Shown piece after piece: positions 37,624 through 46,688 of a stretch of DNA of 64,000 nt. Under the pieces are notes generated by a model. The model did no database searches. It saw nothing but the letters and a program-made list of their open reading frames with translations, and was not told where the DNA came from. Both the position numbers and the translations under genes were made by a program. Source of the stretch: Nemertoderma westbladi (lineage: Eukaryota > Animalia > Xenacoelomorpha); the NCBI GenBank assembly GCA_032718475.1, contig JAUCBJ010008708.1:79829-143828 (forward strand). Direction: 5' to 3'. Each line of letters starts with the position of its first letter. The stretch's first letter is position 1.

Positions 37624-38079
37624 CTATTTACTAATATTGGGTGGAGATTTGTAGTCTCCCGTCTCGTTTCTAGTCTCCTCAAGGAGTACGAGACGTTGTA
37701 CAGGCCTATCTACGGTACGTCCGTCGATAGTCCGTACAGTAACTGTTCTCACTATACCAGATGTAGGGTGCGTGGTCAAAATGACTCCAGTCAGCCAAAA
37801 CCGTATTTTCAGATTAGCTTCAGCCAATAAAACATGGTCACCACGTCTTAAACATCGGGTATTTAGATACCAGGAAGTTCTGGTTGAAATAGAGGGCAAA
37901 TAATTTTTCTGCCATATTTCCCAGAATTTATTTGCAAGCAATTGAGTGATTTTCCAAGCCTTGTTGCCGTATCCGTCACTATCAACGGGTACCGAAATGG
38001 GCAACAGTGTCGTCGGCGCCTGCATAAGCAGGTGCGCTGGTGTCAAGGCAAACTGTACGTCGTTATTGTCTGGGATCAT
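37624..38079 (-). pseudogene. Detached C-terminal part of the element C integrase
   Basis: ALTPAHLLMQ...FWEIWQKNYL...DRPVQRLVLLEETRNETGDY aligns with the end of ORF 54150..62477. Confidence 0.85.
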
Positions 38080-38085
38080 GGTGTT

Positions 38086-41000
38086 TCATGGTAATTCATG
38101 GTGTTGCGGTATGATGATAGGATACCTAAAGTCAAGTGCAAAGTCGATGTTTTGGAGTCTGGACTTGTGACAAAGTAAGCCCCGGTAAATAATCGAACTC
38201 CAACTCAAAATCGGTGAAGACTTAATCTGTTTACCTTGTTTGATCGCTGTGAACTCTCGTGCGAAATATCGCAATTGATAATGTCGAATGATATCAACTT
38301 CACAGTGTTCAATTTCCTTTAAGGTAAGTCTTCTAGGAAAGTCGCGTTTGCCTCTGGCATATTGTCTCAATCGTTTGAGCCATGCTAACTTGCGGCACGC
38401 GTCAGTCCATGATCTAGTTAGGTTCACTATCCTGTCAACGTAAGTGTTGGTGACGTCATCGGGTAAGGTGTAGTCGTAGTGTGGATACTTGTCTGGACTT
38501 GGTAGGCCCACGGGCCTTCCGGTAGGTTTGTCTGAGTCCCCAAGTACGTCAATCTCTACGGTCTTACCTTTACCGTCCGCACCTAATATGTCGACTGGCA
38601 GTAATGGTTTCAACTCTACAGTGTCAGTGTGTTCCTGTGAGCCTGTAAGCTTCCTAACCTTAGTCACCACTTTACCTGTAGGTAAGTCAAGTACCTTCTT
38701 CGAGCGGAGTGTAATCCCTGTGGCCACATCTCTGTCGTCCAAAGAAGTCAAATTCGGTAAGTCTCTAAATGTCCGCTCCAATGGGTCTTCTAATGGAGTG
38801 TCTAGTAGACAGTCTGGTGAAGCGTCTGGTGAACAGTCTGGTGAGACGTCTGGTGAGACATAGCGCGGAACATCCGGCGAAATGTCCTGTCGTCGGTCCC
38901 AAAGTCTGTCTAGCGTAACTTCTATCAGAAAGTCTGGTTCAAAGTCTGGTGAACAGTCGGTCGAGATGTCTGGTGAACAGTCTGGTGAGACGTCCGGTAG
39001 ACATTCTGTCGAGAGTTCCATCAAACAATCTGGCGAACAATCCGGAGAACAATCTGGTGTCTCTTCTGGTGAATAGTCTGGCGAGTAATCTGGTGAACAA
39101 TCCGGCGAAACGTCTGGTGAAATCTCCCGCGGAACATCCGGCGAAGGATTCGTACAAGCGTCTGGTCGAGTGTCTGGCGAGACGTCTGGCGTAATGTCAG
39201 GTCTGGCGTCCAGGTCATCAGATTTCGTCCGTCCTTTTTTCCTTTTGACCTTGGCGTTGGCTTTCCATTTAGACTTGACAACCTTGTCGAGTTTTATCTC
39301 GGCACCCTCTGGTATGGTGTTGGTTGTCGCGTCGAATAACGGTGGCCATTCGTCTGATGGTCGCTGTAGGAAATCGGGTCCTCTAAACCAAAAGGATTTA
39401 TTGTCCGGTTTACAAAAGTCAAGTGGTTGCATCCCCCGTGACGCGATGTCAGCTGGGTTCAGCTTCCCTGGACAGTGACGCCAATCTTGTTTGAGCGACC
39501 GGTCTAGTATTTCAGCCCGTCTGTTGGCTACGAAAGTCTTGAACTCGAATGTTTCGTTGTTTATGTACCAAAGTACCAACGTCGCATCCATCCAATATGT
39601 GACCTTCAAGTTAGCCTCCAGCTCGCGTTGAACTAGACTGACAATATCGGTAGATATCGTCCCGGCTTGCAGCTCCCCACGAGGTACAGTCATATACTTC
39701 AATGGCATTGTTCTAGCCCTTGAAGTAACGAGAGATACATCGTAGCTGTCCGATGTCACTTGTCGTCTAAGGTATAAGGTAACCCCCAATCCATCCTTGC
39801 TAGCGTCACTAAAGCTGTGAAGCTCTAAATCGGCAGGAAAGGTGGTTTGTAAAGGAAAGTATACCCTCGGTATGGTATAGTCTTGTAGGAACGTCAGTTG
39901 GGCTTCCCAGTCCCTCCATCGCTCAGCTAACTTTTCTGGGATGGGATCGTCCCATTCCAGTCCGGCTTGCCAAATGCTGCGGAGTATGATCCTAGCATGT
40001 AGGATCACTGGACTAATGAAACACAATGGGTCATACAATCGACTCATAGTCGATAAGCAAGTCCTCTTAGTGAGAGGTCTAGTCTGGTCGTTGGACCTTA
40101 CACGTACCCTAAAATTGTCGGTGTTAGGGTCCCAACTAAGTCCTAATACTTTGGTCGTCGGCAGTGGTTCTAGGTCTAAGTCTAAATCACCTCCGCTACG
40201 ATCCATCGGGTCAAATGAGTTCACCAGTTCGGGTTCGTTGGAAGCGAACTTCGTCAGGTGAAATCCGCCCTCAGCGAGACAATCCTGGAGTTGGTGTGCT
40301 ACGGTTGTAGCGCGCTCCAAGGTGTCACAACTCTTGAGGCCGTCATCCACGTAGAAATCTCGTTCCACGGTCCGAACTACTTCTGGGTCAAATTGGTCTC
40401 GTCTGTCTAATGCTGTCTGCTTCAAGGCGTACATGGTGCAGTTGGGGCTGTCCCTGGCTCCGAATACTCTTACCTGCATTTGGTAAGTTTCTGGCGGAAG
40501 TTGTAAGTTTCCGTCCGGATACCAAAGAAACCTCAAACTTTCCCTGTTCCGCTCCAAAGCCTTAACCTGGTGAAACATGGCCTCTACGTCACAGGTGAAA
40601 GCCACTTTGCGTTGTCTAAAACGCATTAGGACTCCCATGAGGTAATTATTCATATTCGGCCCGTCCATCAGTTCGCTATTCATAGACATCCCTTGGTAAA
40701 GCGCAGCGCAGTCGTTGACTACACGCACCTTGCCAGGTTTGTCCGGGTGTCGAACATAATGATGTGGCAGGTAATATGTCTGGTCTGTAGTTACCTCAGG
40801 ATTTAACATCCTAATGGCGTATCCCTTTTGGAGATACGTCTGAAGTTGTGCATTGTATTGCATATGGGCCGTCTCGTCTCGCAACAATCGCTGCCTTATT
40901 GATTTGAGTCGCCTCAAAGCAAGCGGGTAATTGTTAACGAGCTTAGGTTGTCCATTGCGCCACAACATACCAACCTCATAGTGGCCATTCGCGGTCTGGC

Positions 41001-44000
41001 GAATGGTATCTCTCATAATATTTAATGACCGTTTTTCCTGTTCTGACATAGCGGTCTCGTAACTACCGGGTTCTGCTGAGTCCTGTTCCAACCATTGTAT
41101 GGTCCGTTCAGTCAGCAGTCGGTCAAGCGCTGCTTGCACTGCGCCATGGTCCTCGTCCACGTCTTCGTCCGCTGCGGTGGCTAGTGTCAAGGTGTCTGGT
41201 AGGCTCGCAAGCCTTCCGGTGTCACTAGTCGGCGTCGAATTGTCGTGCGGCGGTTTGACAACCTCTTGATCTATCGGTAGGCTCGCAAGCCTTCCAAGAT
41301 CAACGACCGGTGTCGAAGCCTGGTGGGTGGGGTCAATGACCTTCGGATTTTTCGGTAGGCTCGCAAGCCTTCCAAAATCCTCGTTCATCGAGTCATCCAC
41401 GGCAACAACCCTCAGGTCTTCGGTAGTCAATACAACCTGGTCTACTGCAAGTAGTTGTAAGTCAGAGGTCCGTATGGTCGTGTCCAGATCGGTTACGTCA
41501 GTATCGGTGGCGTCTGCGTTAGTGACGCAAGTCTGTCGTAGTGCCGTCCGTACAATTGGACCACGGGAGTGTGAAGGAGAATTATCTATCGTGTTAGTCA
41601 ATAAACTACACGTGCTCAAAACGTCGTCCTCCTGGTCACTTACCTCTAGTGAACGTATTGGTGCTCTAGTATACCAACCTATGGGAGTTCTACATGCGTA
41701 GGGGTTGCCCGCTGTAATAACAGATGGGCGTGTCTCCCATACCTGATGTAAGTTAAACTGGTCTGTCCCAATTAACATCGCAATGGAACGATAATTGACA
41801 GGACATTCCGGTATTCCAAGGTGTCGAAAATACTTACGATCTTCCGGAGATTGCTCTGGCACAGGGCCGAGCAAGTTACTAAAGTCCTTCGTAGCTGCAA
41901 AGGTCAAATTTCTTACCGGAAGTAATGAGCGCTCCTCCTTGCTGTGTTCCGTTTTGGAAAGAAGAGTGTCTAAAGTTAGTTTTACTCTCGTCACAGGAAT
42001 CGCTCTCTTACCATGCATGCTGCTTACAGTATACTGAGCAGTCTTACCTTGACTCAAGTCCGTAACTACGTCGGCTACTTGTTCGTCGACATAGCTATGC
42101 GATGACGCAGAGTCTAAGATGGCGTATATACGCTTGCTCCCTCGGGTTCCGGTAATCTTTATAGGAATCACGCTAAACCCTTTCAATTGGTTCTGTGTGA
42201 GGAGCGTTATCGAAGGCTGTTCCTCACCTGCATGCACGTAGAAAGTGTCGTCTTCCTCCTCGTCCTCGTCCGATGATCCTGACTGATCCATACAGTCGGT
42301 ATAAAAGGTACGGATCTCGCGCGGCGCACGCTCCTTATAAAGCGCGTCGCATCTAGCCGCTTTATCGGGATGCTCTCGTCGAAAGCGTCTGGTCGGAGTA
42401 TGACTGGTTGTGTGAAGCAACGCGTCATGGTTACGTCCACACAGAGAACATGTATCATCGCTCGGGCAATCCTTCCGGACGTGTCCTGGCTTCATACATC
42501 TCCAACAGGAATCTAGAGATCGGATTTGGAGTCTCCTTTCCTCGATCCCTAACTCTTTAAAAGCGCGACATCCACGTAGTTTATGTCCGCTATGGTTTCT
42601 GCCGTTCCGCTCGCAGTATGAGCATCCCACAAAGTCCGCCGGCAACTGTTGTCGTGGCTGCGTGGTGCCGATAGGCGTCAGAACTTTAGAAGTCTCAGTA
42701 GGGGTGGCGTAAGTAACGGCTTTCGCGTTCGTCGGAAACGGTTTAGTCCGATTCGGCGCAGAAACAGTTATCCCTTCCGCCGCGATATGGTGATCGGTAT
42801 AGTTCGATCGAGTCTCGATCACGGCCTCCCGTGAAATAAGTTGATAGACATCGGTGAGTTTTAATAACCCTCCGGCCTCTTCGCGTTGGTACTCGATGCG
42901 TCGCCATTCTCGTCGTAGTCGATGATGAAGTCGACCGATTATTCGAATGAGAACCGTCGGTGCGTTAGCGTACTCGAGTTGTCCAATGGACCGTAAAGTC
43001 CCTATAGCGTTCTTTATTTCGTCCGCGAGTCGTAAAAGGTCGATCGGTCTCGAAATGTTGCCTCCTCTGCAGAGGTCTTCAATGATGGATTTAGCCATGG
43101 CGACATTACCGCCGTAAATCGAATACAAACGGTCGTACGCCAATTCAAAGGCATCGGGAACACCAATAAAGGTTTCCGCTAATCGTTTCGGCTCACCAGA
43201 CAGAACTTGGAGCAAGTAATTAAACTTCTCCGTCGAGGTGAAAGCACACTTAGCGATCTGGGACTCTACGTAGTCTACCAGTGTGCGCCAGTGTTTCGCG
43301 TTGCCAGAGAATTTCGGCAGTTGCTGTGCCGGTAATCCGTGTCTAGCCGCGAATTTCGCAATCTCGTTAACTAAGTCCAACTGTCCGCGTCCCTGTTCGG
43401 TGGCGTCGTCCAGTCGCTTCCTTCCGCGCGTTGTTCGTCGGTAGGAATTATTAACGGGATCTTCTTCTCGATGTGTCGGAGTCCGTCTAGTCTCCTGTTC
43501 TCTCCTCGGTGGTCGATGTTGTCTAGGTTGTTCCAACTCCACGCTGGTTCGTGATCGATCCGACGGTTGCGCTTCGAGTCGCTCTTCGAGTTGAGCTAGT
43601 CGGTCCGTTACAGGTCGCATTATTTCGGCGAGTCTGTTGGTGCTGATCGCTTCCGCAGGTTGCAACGTGGGTTTCTGTTGGGGTGTTTCTCGTGGAGGAT
43701 TATCAATATAGGGGTTCGTCGATCGTTCCTCCCGTTTGTAATCCGCTGCCGCTGCCGCTCCAGTACGGAATATTTCCCGTTCCGTCGACTCCGAGTCACT
43801 GGATGAATCGCTGTCGTCCGGATAAGGTGGTTGGCGGGTTCGCGTCCGGCGTATTATTCTTGGTCGAGTTCGTCGTGGTCTGGGATCTACGGCTCCTCGT
43901 TGTTCGGTAGGCTCGCAAGCCTTCCACGAAGTCGTAGGTCTCGTTAAACATTGGGTGAGAGGTCTAGTAAAAACATCTGAGTTAAGTTCTACTGTAGGTT

Positions 44001-45732
44001 TATAAATGACTGGGTTCGCGCAGCACGTCACAGGTTTAACTTGCAATGGTTTACTCACCTGTTTTACTGTCATAAACGCAGGTTCGTCTCTCTCCACAAG
44101 TAAACTACGACTTACTGTAGGTGGACTAGTTATGTTACCTGCTAAAATTGGCGATGAAGTCGCCCTAGGTTGCGGTATTTCCGTCACAACAAACCTGCTA
44201 CCTTGCGTCGGACGCACAGGCGTTATTTCCTTAGGTTTCGTAACGAAGACCGGTTTTATCGGAGTCGTGGGTTTGAGCATAGGAATAACTTGGGGAAAAC
44301 GTTTACAGTAATCCTCGACGAACTCCTCTCCTCGATCTATCGCTCCCACGCTTCCTTCCTCGATCCGCTTCTGTATTCCGCGATATCGAGCTTCCATACG
44401 ATCCAGGGCAGACAAGTCGTGTCCAGTTCGCGATCTTATAGATCTATCTCTCGCGTCGAGTTCGAGGTCCGCTTGCGCGTTCGCTGTCTCGCGCGATCTA
44501 CGATTCAATTCGAACTGTAGTTGCATCTCCCTTTCGCGTCGATCTGCGTCCTGTTGTTGTGCCGCTAATTCCGCTTCCTGTATAGCTAATCGAGCGTTTA
44601 TTTGCCGCGCCTCCAACTTGGCATGAGCGTCGGATGCTGCTTTCTTCCGTGCTAACTCGTCAGCTGCCGCCTGTCGTGCTAACTCGTCGGCTGCTGCCGC
44701 CGCGGCCGCTTCTCGCGCTAAGTCCTCCTCCAGTCTCCGCATCTCTGATGCTTCGAACTCAGCCTGTGCTTGAAGTTTCGCAAGTTTCGCTACGTCCTCT
44801 CTGCGCTGTTTTTCTCCTTCGATGGCGATCTGTGCCATCTGTAGTTGCGCTTCTTCCTCGGCGACTTGTTGTCGGCGTGCAACCTCCTGTTGTTGTCGAG
44901 TAATTCCAGACGCTGTTCTACTAACGTCGCCAACGTTGCCAACGTCGCTCCGTACGCTAACGAACGATCTATCCAGTGGTGGATGTTGGTAGGCTCGCGA
45001 GCCTTCCGTAGTGAGAACTTCCGTCGTCCCTCGCGGTTCGACTTCCGGTTCGTCGATCGGTACGCCGCATCTACGAAGAAAATTGGTCAGCGTTTCCAAC
45101 CTTCCGTCCAGGCAGTAGAGTTCTTCTTCCTCTTCTGGTTGTAACAACGCGTCCGAAACTGACTCACCTAGCAGTTGGTCGAACTGCTCCTGTTGAGCCA
45201 ATCTTATCACCGACTTAAACTGGATAAGGCTTTCTCTCGCACTTACCAATTTATCTACTATCTTTACCTGAGTAAAGTTGTCGCCACGCAACTCTGCAAG
45301 TTCGTGCAAACCTTTAAGTTTATCTACGGAGGCATGTACCCTACTTTCTATCCTTACCTGTAAGGTGTAGAACTCGTATCTCGACATCGGGGCGGTTAAC
45401 TCACGTAAAACGCGAAAACCTTCTCCGAGGTTCCGAGTAATCTGGGCCATGTGTCCTCCTATACTTCTAATAACGTTCTCCTGGCTTCCAGTCGAACTTA
45501 CCATGTCCGGTTCCCGCGATCTAGTCTGCGGGACGGTAAGGAAATCTTCGATCCTGCCGTCGCCACGCGTTGCGGCTTCCGGTATTTCCGTTCGGGGTAC
45601 CGGCGACGCAAGCGGTGTGACATCGGTGGAATCTCGGGTTCTCCTTCTCGGTTCGTCTACTGTCGATCTGTCCAGGTCGCACGAGTCATAGTCGGTAGAT
45701 GGGTATCTCGTCGAATGGGGTGTGTCACTCAT
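38086..45732 (-). CDS. gag-pol: Element C Gag-PR-RT-RNase H polyprotein (2548 aa), ending before the IN zinc finger
   Basis: LPKFSGNAKHW, three knuckles, ILDSAS, YYLPHH, FYVDDG, LHSFSDAS, NPADIASRG. SPDx repeats in the RH-IN linker. Confidence 0.95.
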   Translation of the reverse strand: MSDTPHSTRYPSTDYDSCDLDRSTVDEPRRRTRDSTDVTPLASPVPRTEIPEAATRGDGRIEDFLTVPQTRSREPDMVSSTGSQENVIRSIGGHMAQITRNLGEGFRVLRELTAPMSRYEFYTLQVRIESRVHASVDKLKGLHELAELRGDNFTQVKIVDKLVSARESLIQFKSVIRLAQQEQFDQLLGESVSDALLQPEEEEELYCLDGRLETLTNFLRRCGVPIDEPEVEPRGTTEVLTTEGSRAYQHPPLDRSFVSVRSDVGNVGDVSRTASGITRQQQEVARRQQVAEEEAQLQMAQIAIEGEKQRREDVAKLAKLQAQAEFEASEMRRLEEDLAREAAAAAAADELARQAAADELARKKAASDAHAKLEARQINARLAIQEAELAAQQQDADRREREMQLQFELNRRSRETANAQADLELDARDRSIRSRTGHDLSALDRMEARYRGIQKRIEEGSVGAIDRGEEFVEDYCKRFPQVIPMLKPTTPIKPVFVTKPKEITPVRPTQGSRFVVTEIPQPRATSSPILAGNITSPPTVSRSLLVERDEPAFMTVKQVSKPLQVKPVTCCANPVIYKPTVELNSDVFTRPLTQCLTRPTTSWKACEPTEQRGAVDPRPRRTRPRIIRRTRTRQPPYPDDSDSSSDSESTEREIFRTGAAAAADYKREERSTNPYIDNPPRETPQQKPTLQPAEAISTNRLAEIMRPVTDRLAQLEERLEAQPSDRSRTSVELEQPRQHRPPRREQETRRTPTHREEDPVNNSYRRTTRGRKRLDDATEQGRGQLDLVNEIAKFAARHGLPAQQLPKFSGNAKHWRTLVDYVESQIAKCAFTSTEKFNYLLQVLSGEPKRLAETFIGVPDAFELAYDRLYSIYGGNVAMAKSIIEDLCRGGNISRPIDLLRLADEIKNAIGTLRSIGQLEYANAPTVLIRIIGRLHHRLRREWRRIEYQREEAGGLLKLTDVYQLISREAVIETRSNYTDHHIAAEGITVSAPNRTKPFPTNAKAVTYATPTETSKVLTPIGTTQPRQQLPADFVGCSYCERNGRNHSGHKLRGCRAFKELGIEERRLQIRSLDSCWRCMKPGHVRKDCPSDDTCSLCGRNHDALLHTTSHTPTRRFRREHPDKAARCDALYKERAPREIRTFYTDCMDQSGSSDEDEEEDDTFYVHAGEEQPSITLLTQNQLKGFSVIPIKITGTRGSKRIYAILDSASSHSYVDEQVADVVTDLSQGKTAQYTVSSMHGKRAIPVTRVKLTLDTLLSKTEHSKEERSLLPVRNLTFAATKDFSNLLGPVPEQSPEDRKYFRHLGIPECPVNYRSIAMLIGTDQFNLHQVWETRPSVITAGNPYACRTPIGWYTRAPIRSLEVSDQEDDVLSTCSLLTNTIDNSPSHSRGPIVRTALRQTCVTNADATDTDVTDLDTTIRTSDLQLLAVDQVVLTTEDLRVVAVDDSMNEDFGRLASLPKNPKVIDPTHQASTPVVDLGRLASLPIDQEVVKPPHDNSTPTSDTGRLASLPDTLTLATAADEDVDEDHGAVQAALDRLLTERTIQWLEQDSAEPGSYETAMSEQEKRSLNIMRDTIRQTANGHYEVGMLWRNGQPKLVNNYPLALRRLKSIRQRLLRDETAHMQYNAQLQTYLQKGYAIRMLNPEVTTDQTYYLPHHYVRHPDKPGKVRVVNDCAALYQGMSMNSELMDGPNMNNYLMGVLMRFRQRKVAFTCDVEAMFHQVKALERNRESLRFLWYPDGNLQLPPETYQMQVRVFGARDSPNCTMYALKQTALDRRDQFDPEVVRTVERDFYVDDGLKSCDTLERATTVAHQLQDCLAEGGFHLTKFASNEPELVNSFDPMDRSGGDLDLDLEPLPTTKVLGLSWDPNTDNFRVRVRSNDQTRPLTKRTCLSTMSRLYDPLCFISPVILHARIILRSIWQAGLEWDDPIPEKLAERWRDWEAQLTFLQDYTIPRVYFPLQTTFPADLELHSFSDASKDGLGVTLYLRRQVTSDSYDVSLVTSRARTMPLKYMTVPRGELQAGTISTDIVSLVQRELEANLKVTYWMDATLVLWYINNETFEFKTFVANRRAEILDRSLKQDWRHCPGKLNPADIASRGMQPLDFCKPDNKSFWFRGPDFLQRPSDEWPPLFDATTNTIPEGAEIKLDKVVKSKWKANAKVKRKKGRTKSDDLDARPDITPDVSPDTRPDACTNPSPDVPREISPDVSPDCSPDYSPDYSPEETPDCSPDCSPDCLMELSTECLPDVSPDCSPDISTDCSPDFEPDFLIEVTLDRLWDRRQDISPDVPRYVSPDVSPDCSPDASPDCLLDTPLEDPLERTFRDLPNLTSLDDRDVATGITLRSKKVLDLPTGKVVTKVRKLTGSQEHTDTVELKPLLPVDILGADGKGKTVEIDVLGDSDKPTGRPVGLPSPDKYPHYDYTLPDDVTNTYVDRIVNLTRSWTDACRKLAWLKRLRQYARGKRDFPRRLTLKEIEHCEVDIIRHYQLRYFAREFTAIKQGKQIKSSPILSWSSIIYRGLLCHKSRLQNIDFALDFRYPIIIPQHHELP

Positions 45733-46688
45733 GTCTTATTATATACGTCGAGTACGGGTAATAAAATGTCAGTGTCTGAATGTTGAAGTGTCAAACTTAC
45801 CTTGGTATATATAGTACATATATACCCTAACCGGTACAAATAAATCAACAAGTCAGAATGTCGAAATGTCAAAATGTCGAAATGTACAAATGTCAAACTT
45901 ACCTTGATATATATATATATCATATATATACCCTAACCGGTACAAATAAAACTAACAAGGTATATAATAAAATAAGTAGTAATCTAGCCTACCGGCTAAA
46001 TTTGTACGAATAAGTGAGATAACGGTATACGTTAACAAAATATAGATCAACAAGTAAACAATAGGCCAAACAGCAACGTCTAACGGGAAAATAAGTACCA
46101 ACAACACTACTAATAGACAGTGAAACCCACAAATTTTGAGTACTACTGTGCTTTCTTAAGTTTGAACGACGCGAGTCGTAAAACTTACGTTCCTTTGATC
46201 TTCCAGTCGTACAAATTCCCAAATACAAACCGGACGTGGCTCTTTCCGTTTTTCGGCGGCGCGGACGAATTTATTGTCTCCCAAACTTTGCGAAAAGCGG
46301 TCTAATCCTCGAAGCGGTCCAGAAATGAGTCCTTGAGTCCTGAAAAGGTCGAAGGTGAGAGTTTTACTTCTACGCTTACGAAAAATCTTCCTAGGTACCG
46401 ATACAAATTGGTCTTTAAACCCTATGTACCTTTTCAAGTACCGAAAAGTAACACCGCACACACACGGCGTAAAACAAAGTGCTACAAACTAACTGTTAGC
46501 TAGTCAAAGATTAAATACGAAAGTACTAGCTACCCTAAAAGCCTACTGAAGCAGGGGACGTTCTAAATTACTAAATTTACTAACCTTAGTTTTTAAATAT
46601 CTCCTACTTTCAATAGCTAACAGATCTAAACTATACTATACGCTACGGCGGAAATACTATATACTAATTTATATAAAATACTTCCTAC

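Noticed and set aside
38489-39478. Antisense ORFs across the large polyprotein genes
   Set aside because: Shadow frames of repetitive or codon-biased coding sequence.
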